The notes under the pieces: model-generated
The model's database searches: none
What the model was told of the DNA's origin: nothing
The model's input: the letters and a program-made list of their open reading frames with translations, nothing else
Translations under genes and position numbers: made by a program
DNA from: Candidatus Falkowbacteria bacterium
Lineage (GTDB): Bacteria > Patescibacteriota > Patescibacteriia > Patescibacteriales > UBA12465
DNA: 64,000 nt
Assembly (NCBI GenBank): GCA_012800315.1
Contig: JAAZJO010000006.1
Location: 10,172-74,171 of the forward strand
Direction: 5' to 3'
In this document: positions 1 to 9,412 of the stretch, piece after piece
How the letters are laid out: every line of letters begins with the position of its first letter
Numbering within the stretch: the first letter of the stretch is position 1

Positions 1-317
1 TCTAAAGAAGCTGGTTTTTGAGATTTAATTAACTCCATCACAGAATCAGCAAAAGCCTGAAACTTTTCGTTACGAGCGACAAAATCAGTTTCTGAATTTA
101 TTTCTAAAATATATCCTTCAGTCTTCTCAGCATTAACAGCCACCTTAATTACGCCCTCATTGGTATCACGATCCGTTCTTTTAGCAGCTTTAGAAATACC
201 TTTTTTTCTTAAAATATCAACAGCTTTTTCTAAATTATTGTCAGCTTCTTTAAGAGCTTTTTGACAATCGACCATGCCAGCGCCGGTCATTTCACGAAGT
301 TGTTTAATGAGTTCCAT
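1..317 (-). CDS. tsf: Elongation factor Ts, N-terminal part (3' end lies beyond the window edge)
   Basis: Not in the ORF track because it runs off the window. Reverse-strand translation from the ATG at 315-317 gives [59 protein letters not shown]...[12 protein letters not shown]. This is the typical EF-Ts N-terminal domain with the TDFVA motif. It lies directly downstream of rpsB, as in the conserved rpsB-tsf operon. Confidence 0.85.
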   Translation of the reverse strand, partial: MELIKQLREMTGAGMVDCQKALKEADNNLEKAVDILRKKGISKAAKRTDRDTNEGVIKVAVNAEKTEGYILEINSETDFVARNEKFQAFADSVMELIKSQKPASL

Positions 318-375
318 ATTATTAAAAATTAAATTTCCTAAAAATAAAGCTTACTAATTTAAGCTTTTTATTAAT

Positions 376-1071
376 TTAAGCTTTGCTATTTTTTTTCGCC
401 TCTAAAATAGCTGCGGAAATAGTATCTAAGATAATCTTTATTGTCTTAGTTGAATCATCGTTAGCCGGAATAGCATAAGTCACATTATCCGGATTAACAT
501 TAGTATCACAAACTGCAATAATCGGAATATTTTTTTGCTGCGCTTCCTTAACAGCTGTTTCTTCCTCTCTAATATCCCAAACAAATAAAGCATCTGGTAG
601 TTTATTTAAACTAGTTAAACCACCAACACGCATTTCTAATTTTTTAATTTCTCGGTCAAAATCTAAACGCTCTTTTTTAGTATATTTATCTAATTTGCCA
701 GTCTCCTTTTTTTCAATCAAATCTAAGTATTTTTTCACTGATTTTTTAACCACTGCAAAATTAGTTAAAAAACCACCCAACCATTTACCGACAATGTATG
801 GTTGCTCAATAGTCATGGCCATCTTTTTTAATGGCTCAGCTACTTGGTTCTTTGTACCGACAAATAGAATGCTTTTACCTTCACTGATTAGCTTAGTCAT
901 AAAATCCAAAGCAATCCCTAGTTGTTCTTGGGTTTTTTTCAAATCAATGATGTAAACACCATTCTTAGAGGTAAAGATGAACTGCTTCATCTTAGGGTGC
1001 CAACGATTAGTACGATGACCAAAATGAGCACCAGCTTTCAATAATTCTTCTAAACTTGGTAAGTTTTGCAT
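376..1071 (-). CDS. rpsB: 30S ribosomal protein S2
   Basis: 231-aa ORF. The N-terminus LLKAGAHFGHRTNRWHPKMKQFIF and the overall layout are typical of S2. It is followed by tsf. Confidence 0.95.
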   Translation of the reverse strand: MQNLPSLEELLKAGAHFGHRTNRWHPKMKQFIFTSKNGVYIIDLKKTQEQLGIALDFMTKLISEGKSILFVGTKNQVAEPLKKMAMTIEQPYIVGKWLGGFLTNFAVVKKSVKKYLDLIEKKETGKLDKYTKKERLDFDREIKKLEMRVGGLTSLNKLPDALFVWDIREEETAVKEAQQKNIPIIAVCDTNVNPDNVTYAIPANDDSTKTIKIILDTISAAILEAKKNSKA

Positions 1072-1201
1072 ATTTTTTCTTTTTTACTTCTGCTCCCCTG
1101 CCCTAATATTAGGGAAGAAAATAATGGTTTCTCAACCATAGGAGCATGATAATTTAAATAAATAAAAAGAGGTCACTTTTTGAGGTTGAACCTCTCTTAT
1201 T

Positions 1202-1230
1202 AGGATATATAAAAAATGACTACTTGTCAA
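1202..1230 (-). promoter_or_regulatory. Candidate sigma70-type promoter for rpsB-tsf (TTGACA-17-TATCCT)
   Basis: On the minus strand there is TTGACA (1225-1230), a 17-nt spacer and TATCCT (1202-1207). It lies about 130 nt upstream of the rpsB ATG. The -10 element is weak. Confidence 0.35.
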
Positions 1231-1249
1231 CAAAAAACAAAATAACTTA

Positions 1250-1278
1250 TTGACATTATATAAAAAGAATGATATAAT
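1250..1278 (+). promoter_or_regulatory. Sigma70-type promoter (TTGACA-17-TATAAT) for the 1335..1856 gene
   Basis: Consensus TTGACA at 1250-1255, an exactly 17-nt spacer, and consensus TATAAT at 1273-1278. It lies 57 nt upstream of the ATG at 1335. Confidence 0.55.
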
Positions 1279-1334
1279 TGACTGAATTGATTGAAATAGT
1301 AGAAAAAATAACATTAACCTAAAACTAACCATAA

Positions 1335-1856
1335 ATGAACATTGACAAAAAAATTTTTAGGAATTTACGGCGGAGGTCCGTAATCCTGATTAAGTCCCTA
1401 ACCTCTGTTTTCGGGACAAGATTCTGGGGCGCAAAAGTCCTAATCTCTCTGGGAGCGGCTATCATGGCCTATTGGCTAGCTGCCGTGCTCATAAGGATGG
1501 GAAATCCTATAATTCTGGGTGTAACAATATTTTATTTTATTATTATGAGCTACCTGCTCAACCTAGAAAATTATCACAGGAGAAACTTCAGACAAAAAAG
1601 ATTTTTTCAAATATCAAGAACGGTCTTTGGAGTCTGTGCCCTCCATATAGTCATATCAATCATGGCTATTTTGGTGGATATTCCTCTTTTGCTTTTTGGA
1701 GAGACAACGGCTGCAAAAGCATTCATTCTGCTTGTTAGCATGATTGCTTTAGGGCTGGCGTCTTATATGTTTATTGGAAATATCGGTGTGTCAGTAGACA
1801 ACTACACCCGAGAGCAAACAGCTCCAATTCCAATGACTCCCCCAATAAAAGCCTAA
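1335..1856 (+). CDS. Hypothetical integral membrane protein (about 4 TM helices)
   Basis: 173-aa ORF with several long hydrophobic segments. It has a consensus promoter upstream and a terminator hairpin downstream. No recognisable family. Confidence 0.6.
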   Translation: MNIDKKIFRNLRRRSVILIKSLTSVFGTRFWGAKVLISLGAAIMAYWLAAVLIRMGNPIILGVTIFYFIIMSYLLNLENYHRRNFRQKRFFQISRTVFGVCALHIVISIMAILVDIPLLLFGETTAAKAFILLVSMIALGLASYMFIGNIGVSVDNYTREQTAPIPMTPPIKA

Positions 1857-1860
1857 AAAT

Positions 1861-1891
1861 AAAACCGATAGTTAAAAGCTATCGGTTTTTT
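1861..1891. terminator. Bidirectional rho-independent terminator between convergent genes
   Basis: AAAACCGATAG-ttaaaag-CTATCGGTTTTTT. The hairpin has a perfect 10-bp stem, an A-run on the 5' side and a T-run on the 3' side. Confidence 0.6.
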
Positions 1892-1908
1892 ATTACTAAA
1901 AAGGTATT

Positions 1909-3420
1909 CTATTTCTGATAAAAACTTTTCACCGCTAAATTAAACACGCTCGCTTGAGAATTATATTCACTCACTTTTCCTTTATAAACACTCACTTCTT
2001 CATTATAGGTCTTAACTAAGGAATTAAAAATTGGCACCATTCTATTATATTCAGCCGTCTGTCCACTATCATAATATTCCTTAACCCTTTCTCTCATTGA
2101 AGCAATCTCAGCTTCTTTATTTTTTAAAATAGTATTGATCTCTTGTATTTCTAAATTAAAAATATCTAACTCATTTTTAGTCGCTCTTAAATCAGCTACT
2201 TGAGAATAAATAATAGGCATCCCTTGATATATTTTACCACTTGTTTTCTGATAAATTTCAACTTTACCTAGACTTTGAACATTAAACATGTCAGAAAAAC
2301 CGTCTGGACTTTGAACTAAGCCATTATTAATATTTTGCGGAATAACTCCAAAAGGAAAATAATTAGTGGTCTCTACATAGCAATAACCTGATCCATGAAG
2401 GGAATATTCTGTTGGGCAAGCCACCCCTAAAGCCGAATGATTTTTTTCTGGAAAATCTAAAATAGCCGCCCCATAACCTAGTTGGCGCAATAAAGCGACC
2501 GCTAAAAAAGTTTTATCTGAACAAACCCCTTTATTTAAATACAAAGTTTCATAAGGAAAATAGGGATTATTATTTAATTGAGGATTCTCAAGCACCTTAA
2601 CATCATCATAAGGAATATATTGAACCAGGGCCACCGTTGCTTCTAATAACTCTTCATCTGTCCATTTATTTAATGTTGCTAACTCTCTTAATTTAGCCAC
2701 TAAAGAAGCAATGGTCGTATCTCCTTTTCTTGATTGCAAAAATAAAGCATAAAACTCATTCTGAATATCACTCTGAGTTTTTCCAGAAATTGATGCATAA
2801 GTATAAGTTTTGCTAGAGTTTTTATAATCCTTATATAATTGCGTGGGGAAAAAATGACTTAATTCATAATTATTATTTTTATAGCGAAAAGTAAAATTTC
2901 TTAAAAATCCCTCAGTCCCCGAATAGGAAACATTTTCTGAACTAGGCTCTCTACTTAACTGCAGCTCCCCCATAGGAATTTGGAACAAGTCCCTATTCGT
3001 GATACCTAAACCCAAGGTACGCATCACTGCAAAAGCATCAGTCGGACGGCCGAGATAATGTAACTCTAATTTAAGAGGATCAAGATAATAAGCCTGCCCC
3101 TTATCTTGAACCTTAAGAAGAATACGACCAGCTAATCGGGCTGGAGCTTTACTGGAAAAAGAATTAAAATCAGCATTAGAAATTCCTAAACCAAAAGCGC
3201 GCATGACCGCAAAAGCATCGTCTGGACGACCGAGATAATAACGTTTACCATCAACTGGATTAACATACCAAGCCTGCCCCTTATCTTGAACTTGCAGCAA
3301 AATACGACCGCTTAAATTCGGCGCAGCTATTACTAATTTAAAAGGATAGAAAGAAAGTAAACTAATTAGCAAAATGACTAAAACGGGAAAAAATTTTAAT
3401 TTTATTTTTGACTGAAACAT
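1909..3420 (-). CDS. Secreted or anchored protein with two tandem 60-aa repeats, a transglutaminase-like Cys-protease-type core and a C-terminal coiled coil
   Basis: N-terminal hydrophobic signal or anchor. There are two 60-aa repeats (GRILLQVQDKGQAWYVNP..YLGRPDDAFAVMRAFGLGI / GRILLKVQDKGQAYYLDP..YLGRPTDAFAVMRTLGLGI). The segment NKGVCSDKTFLAVALLRQLGY...NHSALGV...CYVETT resembles the Cys/His/acid arrangement of transglutaminase-like enzymes. The function is tentative. Confidence 0.55.
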   Translation of the reverse strand: MFQSKIKLKFFPVLVILLISLLSFYPFKLVIAAPNLSGRILLQVQDKGQAWYVNPVDGKRYYLGRPDDAFAVMRAFGLGISNADFNSFSSKAPARLAGRILLKVQDKGQAYYLDPLKLELHYLGRPTDAFAVMRTLGLGITNRDLFQIPMGELQLSREPSSENVSYSGTEGFLRNFTFRYKNNNYELSHFFPTQLYKDYKNSSKTYTYASISGKTQSDIQNEFYALFLQSRKGDTTIASLVAKLRELATLNKWTDEELLEATVALVQYIPYDDVKVLENPQLNNNPYFPYETLYLNKGVCSDKTFLAVALLRQLGYGAAILDFPEKNHSALGVACPTEYSLHGSGYCYVETTNYFPFGVIPQNINNGLVQSPDGFSDMFNVQSLGKVEIYQKTSGKIYQGMPIIYSQVADLRATKNELDIFNLEIQEINTILKNKEAEIASMRERVKEYYDSGQTAEYNRMVPIFNSLVKTYNEEVSVYKGKVSEYNSQASVFNLAVKSFYQK

Positions 3421-3431
3421 TTTAAAAATAT

Positions 3432-4103
3432 TTAACTAATCAAAGTCTTAAACAAATCCTCATTAACAGCATAAGGTAAATGTCCAACATCATTAATATA
3501 ATTTATAGTCACAAAACCATCACGATCAATCAATAATTTAGTAATTGAGGATTGAAATATCTCTAAAGATAAAAATCCAATAATATCGGCGTTAAGAATG
3601 CCGGTCACTAAAGATTTAATAAAATTCCCATGAGAAAAAATGGCTACGCTCTTCCCTTTACTATTACGATATATATCCGCTAAACTACGGCGAGCCACTG
3701 TCTGCATTTCATCCAGCTGTTTATCAAGAATATCATATTGTTTTAATTTTTTCGCTCGCGTTTTTTCCGACATATTAAAATATTTCACCTTCACCCAATG
3801 CTTCCAATCAATCTCATTTAAACGTCCATCAACAATTACCTCCTTTTTAATTAATTTAGCAAAGGGGGTAGCCGTTTCAAGCGCTCGCACAATTTCACTA
3901 GAATAAACCTTATCAATTTTTAAAGTCAATAATTTTTTAATTAAAAACTTTCTTTGTTCAATCCCTCTCTTAGATAAAGGCATATTCTTTTCACCTAATT
4001 TTTTCTCCTTTCTATAATCAGGATGACAATGCCTAATTAAATAAATTTCCGTATACGGACCATGGACTTTAGGTTTAATCTTTTTATAAGGACTTTGATA
4101 CAT
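3432..4103 (-). CDS. Histidine phosphatase family protein (phosphoglycerate mutase-like superfamily)
   Basis: An LIRHCHP motif (RHG-type) near the N-terminus, a later ALETA segment, and FSHGNFIKSL providing the second catalytic His. Confidence 0.75.
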   Translation of the reverse strand: MYQSPYKKIKPKVHGPYTEIYLIRHCHPDYRKEKKLGEKNMPLSKRGIEQRKFLIKKLLTLKIDKVYSSEIVRALETATPFAKLIKKEVIVDGRLNEIDWKHWVKVKYFNMSEKTRAKKLKQYDILDKQLDEMQTVARRSLADIYRNSKGKSVAIFSHGNFIKSLVTGILNADIIGFLSLEIFQSSITKLLIDRDGFVTINYINDVGHLPYAVNEDLFKTLIS

Positions 4104-4141
4104 AGGCTTAACTTTTATTTATCATTTTAATTATTTTTTAA

Positions 4142-5164
4142 CTAAATTTTTTCTAAATTATTTTTGCGACCGCACAACTGCCCACAAGCCGCTGTTATAT
4201 CAGCACCAAAACTCAAGCGGACAGTAACCGCTACTCCAGCATCTTCTAAAATCTTTTTAAATTTTTCAATTCGTTCACGACTTGAAGCTCTAAAACGTCC
4301 GGTTTCATTATACGGAATTAAATTAACTAGATACAGTGGACGAGCCATAATCTTCGCTAATTTCAACGCATCTTGATCACTATCATTTACTTCTTTAATC
4401 ATTAAATATTCAAACATCACTCGCCGACCAGTCTTAGCAATATAATTATCAACCGTTTTTAAAAGCTCATGTAAATTATATTTTTTAGCTATCGGCATTA
4501 AATCTTTACGTAAATTTTCATCAGCCGCATGTAGTGAAATAGCTAAATTAATTTGTAATTTTTCACCAGCTAATTTTTTTATTCCCTCAGTGATACCGGC
4601 TGTTGATACCGATATCCGGCGTGAACCAATATTGAAAGTTTCTGGATTATTTAAAAATTTAACCGCCTTAATAAATTCAGCATAATTTAAAAATGCTTCA
4701 CCCATGCCCATAAAGACAATATTATCAATCTTTTCACCTTTATTTTCTGCTTTTAAATAACGTCCCCAAAAAACTACTTGTTTCACTATTTCCCGAGCTG
4801 TTAAATTACGCTGAAAGCCAAATTGACCAGTCGCACAAAAAGCACAAGCCAAAGGACAACCAACTTGTGAAGACACACAAACCGTATTGCGTTTATCTTT
4901 CTGGCGAATTAAAACTGTTTCAACCACTTCTCCATCGGCTAAAGTAATTAAAGCCTTAAAGCTCTTATTTTTATTATTATTCTTAATTAACTCTGCCTTA
5001 ATTTCTAAGGGGCATTCTCGCTCTAATTTCTCTCTAAGCACTTTAGGTAAATTAGAAACTGCCTGCCAAGAAGAAATAAAATCTTGCCAAACTGCTTGAT
5101 TAACCTGCGAGAACCGATATGGCGGCTCTGTTTTTAAAATATCTGATAATTTATCTAGATTCAT
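4142..5164 (-). CDS. rlmN: 23S rRNA/tRNA (adenine-C2)-methyltransferase RlmN (radical SAM)
   Basis: Radical-SAM CPLACAFCATG motif, the C-terminal conserved Cys (AACGQL), and length and layout typical of RlmN. Confidence 0.9.
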   Translation of the reverse strand: MNLDKLSDILKTEPPYRFSQVNQAVWQDFISSWQAVSNLPKVLREKLERECPLEIKAELIKNNNKNKSFKALITLADGEVVETVLIRQKDKRNTVCVSSQVGCPLACAFCATGQFGFQRNLTAREIVKQVVFWGRYLKAENKGEKIDNIVFMGMGEAFLNYAEFIKAVKFLNNPETFNIGSRRISVSTAGITEGIKKLAGEKLQINLAISLHAADENLRKDLMPIAKKYNLHELLKTVDNYIAKTGRRVMFEYLMIKEVNDSDQDALKLAKIMARPLYLVNLIPYNETGRFRASSRERIEKFKKILEDAGVAVTVRLSFGADITAACGQLCGRKNNLEKI

Positions 5165-5165
5165 T

Positions 5166-6275
5166 TTATTTTTTCTTAAGAATAATTTTAGTAATTTCGC
5201 CCCGGCCAGAAGTTCTCATTGGCGGGCCCCAAGTACCAACTCCACGATTAACGATCAAGGAAAAATCTTGATCTTTAAATAAACCATGACCATAACCTCC
5301 ATGTACCAATTTAACAATATAATTAAAAGGAAAAAGTTGACCATTATGGGTATGACCAGATAATTGTAAATCAATTTCCGCTTCTTTAGCTAGCGACACA
5401 TGTCTTGGTTCATGAAACAAAAGAATGCTTGGTAATTGGCGATCATAACCAACTTGCTTTAAAATTGCTGCCTGTAAATCAAAATTTTTATCAAAAGAAA
5501 AATTAATTCCGATTATCTGTAAACCATCAACTACCACCATTTTATCAGCTAAAATTGTTATCGGGCTATCTTTTAAAATATTTACCACCCGATTAAATCC
5601 TAAATAAAGATCATGATTGCCAAATGAATAATATATCCCTTTTGGCGCCTTCAATTCAACAAAAAAATTATTAACCCAACTAAACTCTGATTTCATTCCA
5701 TCAAATAAATCACCAGTAATAAATACCGCTTCTGGATTTAATTGTTGAATTTTCTTAAGTAAACGATTAAAAAATTTCTGACGATGTATTGGACCGAGAT
5801 GCACATCAGAAATCTGGACTACCGTTTTATTATGCCAGCTCTCTGGTAAATCCTTAATAGCAACTTCATAAGAAAATACTTTAGGAACAAACGCCTGATA
5901 AACTCCTAAAGCAGAAAGCAAAAGAGTGCCAGCAAAAAATATTATTTTAATAAGTGAAAGCGGTAAAGAAAAAGCAAACGCCGCGGCAAGCTCTTTTAAA
6001 ATAATAATTATCAAGCCCATTAAAAACATGTTCACAATAATCCCAACCCAAAAACTAGAAAGAAAATAATAACTACGCGACCAAGGACCATCTTTTTTAT
6101 GAATTAAAAGAGAGGAAATAATGACACTAAAAAATAAAAATAATAAAACCAAAGCCAGGATAACCTGAAAATTTTCTAAAACTGGAAATAATTTTATCAA
6201 GATAAACCATAAAGAAACATGTCCAAATAAAAGGGCAATAGACGAGGTGGTAAAAGAGATTAATAACTGAATCAT
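5166..6275 (-). CDS. Membrane-anchored metallophosphoesterase (calcineurin-like)
   Basis: About 4 N-terminal TM helices, followed by the ISDVHLG, GDLFD, GNHD and GHTHNG motifs. Confidence 0.85.
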   Translation of the reverse strand: MIQLLISFTTSSIALLFGHVSLWFILIKLFPVLENFQVILALVLLFLFFSVIISSLLIHKKDGPWSRSYYFLSSFWVGIIVNMFLMGLIIIILKELAAAFAFSLPLSLIKIIFFAGTLLLSALGVYQAFVPKVFSYEVAIKDLPESWHNKTVVQISDVHLGPIHRQKFFNRLLKKIQQLNPEAVFITGDLFDGMKSEFSWVNNFFVELKAPKGIYYSFGNHDLYLGFNRVVNILKDSPITILADKMVVVDGLQIIGINFSFDKNFDLQAAILKQVGYDRQLPSILLFHEPRHVSLAKEAEIDLQLSGHTHNGQLFPFNYIVKLVHGGYGHGLFKDQDFSLIVNRGVGTWGPPMRTSGRGEITKIILKKK

Positions 6276-6293
6276 AAAATTTCTAAATTAAAA

Positions 6294-7391
6294 TTAGGAA
6301 CGACGAAGCTTAGCTAAAACATTCTGATAAAACTCTAAATTATTCAAACTAGCTATTTTTTGACCTAATAATTCATTAAGTTTAAATAAATGGTGGAGAT
6401 AAGCTCGGGAATTAGTTTTTAGTTCTTTCAATTTACTATTTTTATTAATCGCTGAAAAATCAGTAGCAAAGCAGGCGTTATTAATATTAATGCTAGTATA
6501 CTTATCATTTTTTTCAGCAATAAAAAGTTTTCCGTGACGCCCCTCTCTAGTTGGGATAACACAATCAAAGATATCCCAACCCATCTCAGCGCAACGTTTA
6601 ATATCTGCCGGTGTTCCAATACCTAAAGCAAAACGCACAGCCTTTTCCGGAATAAAAGAAGCGGTCTTAGCTAAAACTTCAGCTAAAAAATTTCCTTCTT
6701 GATCAATTGGTCGCGCCCCAAAACCATAACCATCAAAACCAATTCGCACCAATTCCTGAGCGCATTTCTCACGTAAATCAATTTCTGCCCCGCCCTGAAT
6801 AACAGCAAACAAAAGAGGTTTTTTTACTCCTGTTAATTTTCTTTTCTTAATTTGTTTTAAATACTCCGCCTTACAACGTTTTGCCCAAGCAATTGTCCGC
6901 TTAACCGCTTTTTCTATCTCCGCCCGTGAAGATTCATTTGGCGGACAATCATCTAAACAAACCATCATATCTACACCTAAAGCAAATTGAATTTGAATTG
7001 ATTTTTCCGGACTTAATTCATGACGCGAACCATCCAAAGGTGATTTAAAAATAACTTTATCATCTCTAATCTCGCCCCACTGCTTATTTTTATAAAGCAA
7101 AGAAAAAACTTGAAAGCCACCAGAATCAGCTAATAAAGGTCCCGACCAATTCATAAAGCGATGAAGACCACCCGCTTTTTTTATAACTGCCAAACCTGGT
7201 TGTAAATAAAGATGAAAAGTATTAACTACTAAAACGGCTGTGCCGGTGCTTTTAACCTCATCATTAGTCATTAACTTAACAAAACCCCGCGTGGCATCCG
7301 GCATATAAAAAGGAGTATTTAAAACACCATGAGCAGTCTGTAAAACTCCCCGTCTAATTCCCGACTTGGTTGTTTTAATTAATTTAAACAT
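6294..7391 (-). CDS. tgt: tRNA-guanine transglycosylase family protein (divergent, no zinc site)
   Basis: TPFYMPDATRG, LADSGGFQV, VIQGG and FDCVIPTREGRHG...SRAYLHHL match TGT. The CxCxxC...H zinc motif is absent (see findings). Confidence 0.8.
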   Translation of the reverse strand: MFKLIKTTKSGIRRGVLQTAHGVLNTPFYMPDATRGFVKLMTNDEVKSTGTAVLVVNTFHLYLQPGLAVIKKAGGLHRFMNWSGPLLADSGGFQVFSLLYKNKQWGEIRDDKVIFKSPLDGSRHELSPEKSIQIQFALGVDMMVCLDDCPPNESSRAEIEKAVKRTIAWAKRCKAEYLKQIKKRKLTGVKKPLLFAVIQGGAEIDLREKCAQELVRIGFDGYGFGARPIDQEGNFLAEVLAKTASFIPEKAVRFALGIGTPADIKRCAEMGWDIFDCVIPTREGRHGKLFIAEKNDKYTSININNACFATDFSAINKNSKLKELKTNSRAYLHHLFKLNELLGQKIASLNNLEFYQNVLAKLRRS

Positions 7392-7395
7392 AAAA

Positions 7396-9402
7396 CTATT
7401 GCACCCTGCCAGACGAATTATTTAAATTAACAATATCATCATCCTCCAGCTTTGTTGTTTTAGCAGCCGTTTTTTTAGTAATAATACTGTTTGTTTCCGT
7501 ATCAGTTGCTTCAATCACCGAGCCAGGCGAAATAACCAAAATCTTATCATAATCATTCTCAGTAGGTACAACATTAACATTAAATTCCGCATCAGTGCGA
7601 TAAACTGAAACTGGCAAACGACCAATTTCCCAAACTACCTGACGAGTATTTTCATCATAATTTAAGCTACCAACATTAGTATAGGTCTTTTCATCAAAAT
7701 TAATATTAGCCGGCAAATTAAAAACTACTTTAACATCCGATAGCTCATGTAAATTATTTCTAACCACCCAATAAACTTTAAAACTAGTTTTTTCACCAAC
7801 TTTTGGTGGCAAAGGGCCAGAACCAACGGGAACATTATCTTCATTAAAATACAAAATCTTTTCACTCAAACTTAAATCACTATTAATCAAATTCTTTATC
7901 ACATTGCTTTTATTATCAGCCTGCTTCACCGCTTGATTATTGATACTATATTGAGCATAAGAATTAACTTCTAATTTCTTCCCCAGATCATCATCCTGAA
8001 AAGCTTGTAAATTAATTGAAAACTTTATTTCCCCTTTATCACCTGATTTAATTTCTTTCAAAGCGGGAATCTCATTCTTTGTCCAAGTAATTGATTGCCC
8101 ACGCACACTTCCCTTGTCTGTCATTTTTAAAGAAGCAAAATTAAGAAAATCGCTTTGTAAAACTGCCATAATCACTACATCCTTAAAAGAGTTCTCACCC
8201 TGATTATTATAGCTGATAACATAATCTAGGCTTTGTCCAAAATTAACAGCACTATTAGTTTTACTCTTATTAACCGATAATTCTAAATTTAAATCACTTT
8301 TTACTAATTCCGGTTGGAAAGATTTTTCCCAAAAAACATAAGCCTGCCCATCTTCCAGTTTCTTTTCTAAGCGAACAATAATTTTTGGATTAGCTATTTT
8401 AGTATTTACCCGATAAGTAATCGGAATTTCTTGACGATCCATTTCTTTATCTAAGCCACTAATTCGCCAGCTGGTTCCACCAACTTTAGTAATCACAATT
8501 TCTTTGGCTGAAGTGGCTATTGCTTCAGTTGAAGAACTAGCTTCATTAATAAGTTCGGGCAGAAGAGCTACATTAGTTTCTTCTGGCAAAGAAAAACTTA
8601 AATTAAAATCTCCAATATAATTATTTTCAACATTAAAGAAATTTAAAATCAATTCATTATCTTGATTTAAAAAAGCGGTATTAGCATAAACTAAATCCGT
8701 TCGCCAACCTAAACCGCTAATAACTGTTGAAGCTGAGGCCTCTTTTTTAAATTGGCTAGAATATTCTGAAGGCAAATAACTTAAACGAGCAATAACCACA
8801 TTAACTGAGTCTGGCTGACCAATTAATTTTCCAGTAATGCGTAAATTGGCACTACCCCCCGGCTCAAGATTAGGTAAATTCCAACCATAATTTCCACTAT
8901 CCGGCTCAATAGATCTATCAGTTACAATAAAATTTTCTGGATACTGTATTTCTAGATGAACATTTTTAAAAATAAATTTGCTTGGATTATGATAATTAAT
9001 TACATAAGAAATTTCCTCACCAACTAAAACTTTTTCTGGAGCACTAATACTTATTTCTAAAGAATTAATGTTATTATTTTTACTTAAAAAATATGTATAA
9101 GCAAAATAAGCAATCCCAATCAATAAAGTAAAGATGAGCAATCTCTTAAAAAAGCGAACAATCGCTAATTGACGACGTTTTATTTTCATTTTTTTAACAT
9201 CTACTAAATTGCCTTTTTTATCGGTATAAATTTCCGAGAGATTAGTATCTATTTCCTGACTACGCACCTCTCGCTTAATCGCCTTTTCAAAACTAGAAAC
9301 TTCCTTTTCAGTTGGGACAGGGCGTTCCACGAAAGCTGATAAACCAGAATACTCCTCTTTCACTGTGCGCAATATTTTTTTCACTTTTTTTTCTTTGCTC
9401 AT
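7396..9402 (-). CDS. Large single-pass membrane protein with repeated DUF11/CARDB-like beta-sandwich modules
   Basis: Lys-rich N-terminus, one TM helix (LLIFTLLIGIAYFAYTYF), then recurring modules such as GEEISYVINYHNPSKFIFKNVHLEIQYPENF, GQSLDYVISYNNQGENSFKDVVIMAVL and GEKTSFKVYWVVRNNLHELSDVKVVFNLP. Confidence 0.6.
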   Translation of the reverse strand: MSKEKKVKKILRTVKEEYSGLSAFVERPVPTEKEVSSFEKAIKREVRSQEIDTNLSEIYTDKKGNLVDVKKMKIKRRQLAIVRFFKRLLIFTLLIGIAYFAYTYFLSKNNNINSLEISISAPEKVLVGEEISYVINYHNPSKFIFKNVHLEIQYPENFIVTDRSIEPDSGNYGWNLPNLEPGGSANLRITGKLIGQPDSVNVVIARLSYLPSEYSSQFKKEASASTVISGLGWRTDLVYANTAFLNQDNELILNFFNVENNYIGDFNLSFSLPEETNVALLPELINEASSSTEAIATSAKEIVITKVGGTSWRISGLDKEMDRQEIPITYRVNTKIANPKIIVRLEKKLEDGQAYVFWEKSFQPELVKSDLNLELSVNKSKTNSAVNFGQSLDYVISYNNQGENSFKDVVIMAVLQSDFLNFASLKMTDKGSVRGQSITWTKNEIPALKEIKSGDKGEIKFSINLQAFQDDDLGKKLEVNSYAQYSINNQAVKQADNKSNVIKNLINSDLSLSEKILYFNEDNVPVGSGPLPPKVGEKTSFKVYWVVRNNLHELSDVKVVFNLPANINFDEKTYTNVGSLNYDENTRQVVWEIGRLPVSVYRTDAEFNVNVVPTENDYDKILVISPGSVIEATDTETNSIITKKTAAKTTKLEDDDIVNLNNSSGRVQ

Positions 9403-9412
9403 ATTTTAAAAA

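Noticed and set aside
1132-1332. A 66-aa minus-strand ORF in the rpsB/1335 divergent intergenic region.
   Set aside because: It overlaps two promoter candidates and the rpsB leader hairpins. Its Phe/Leu/Ser-rich sequence has no support. It is more likely non-coding regulatory DNA.
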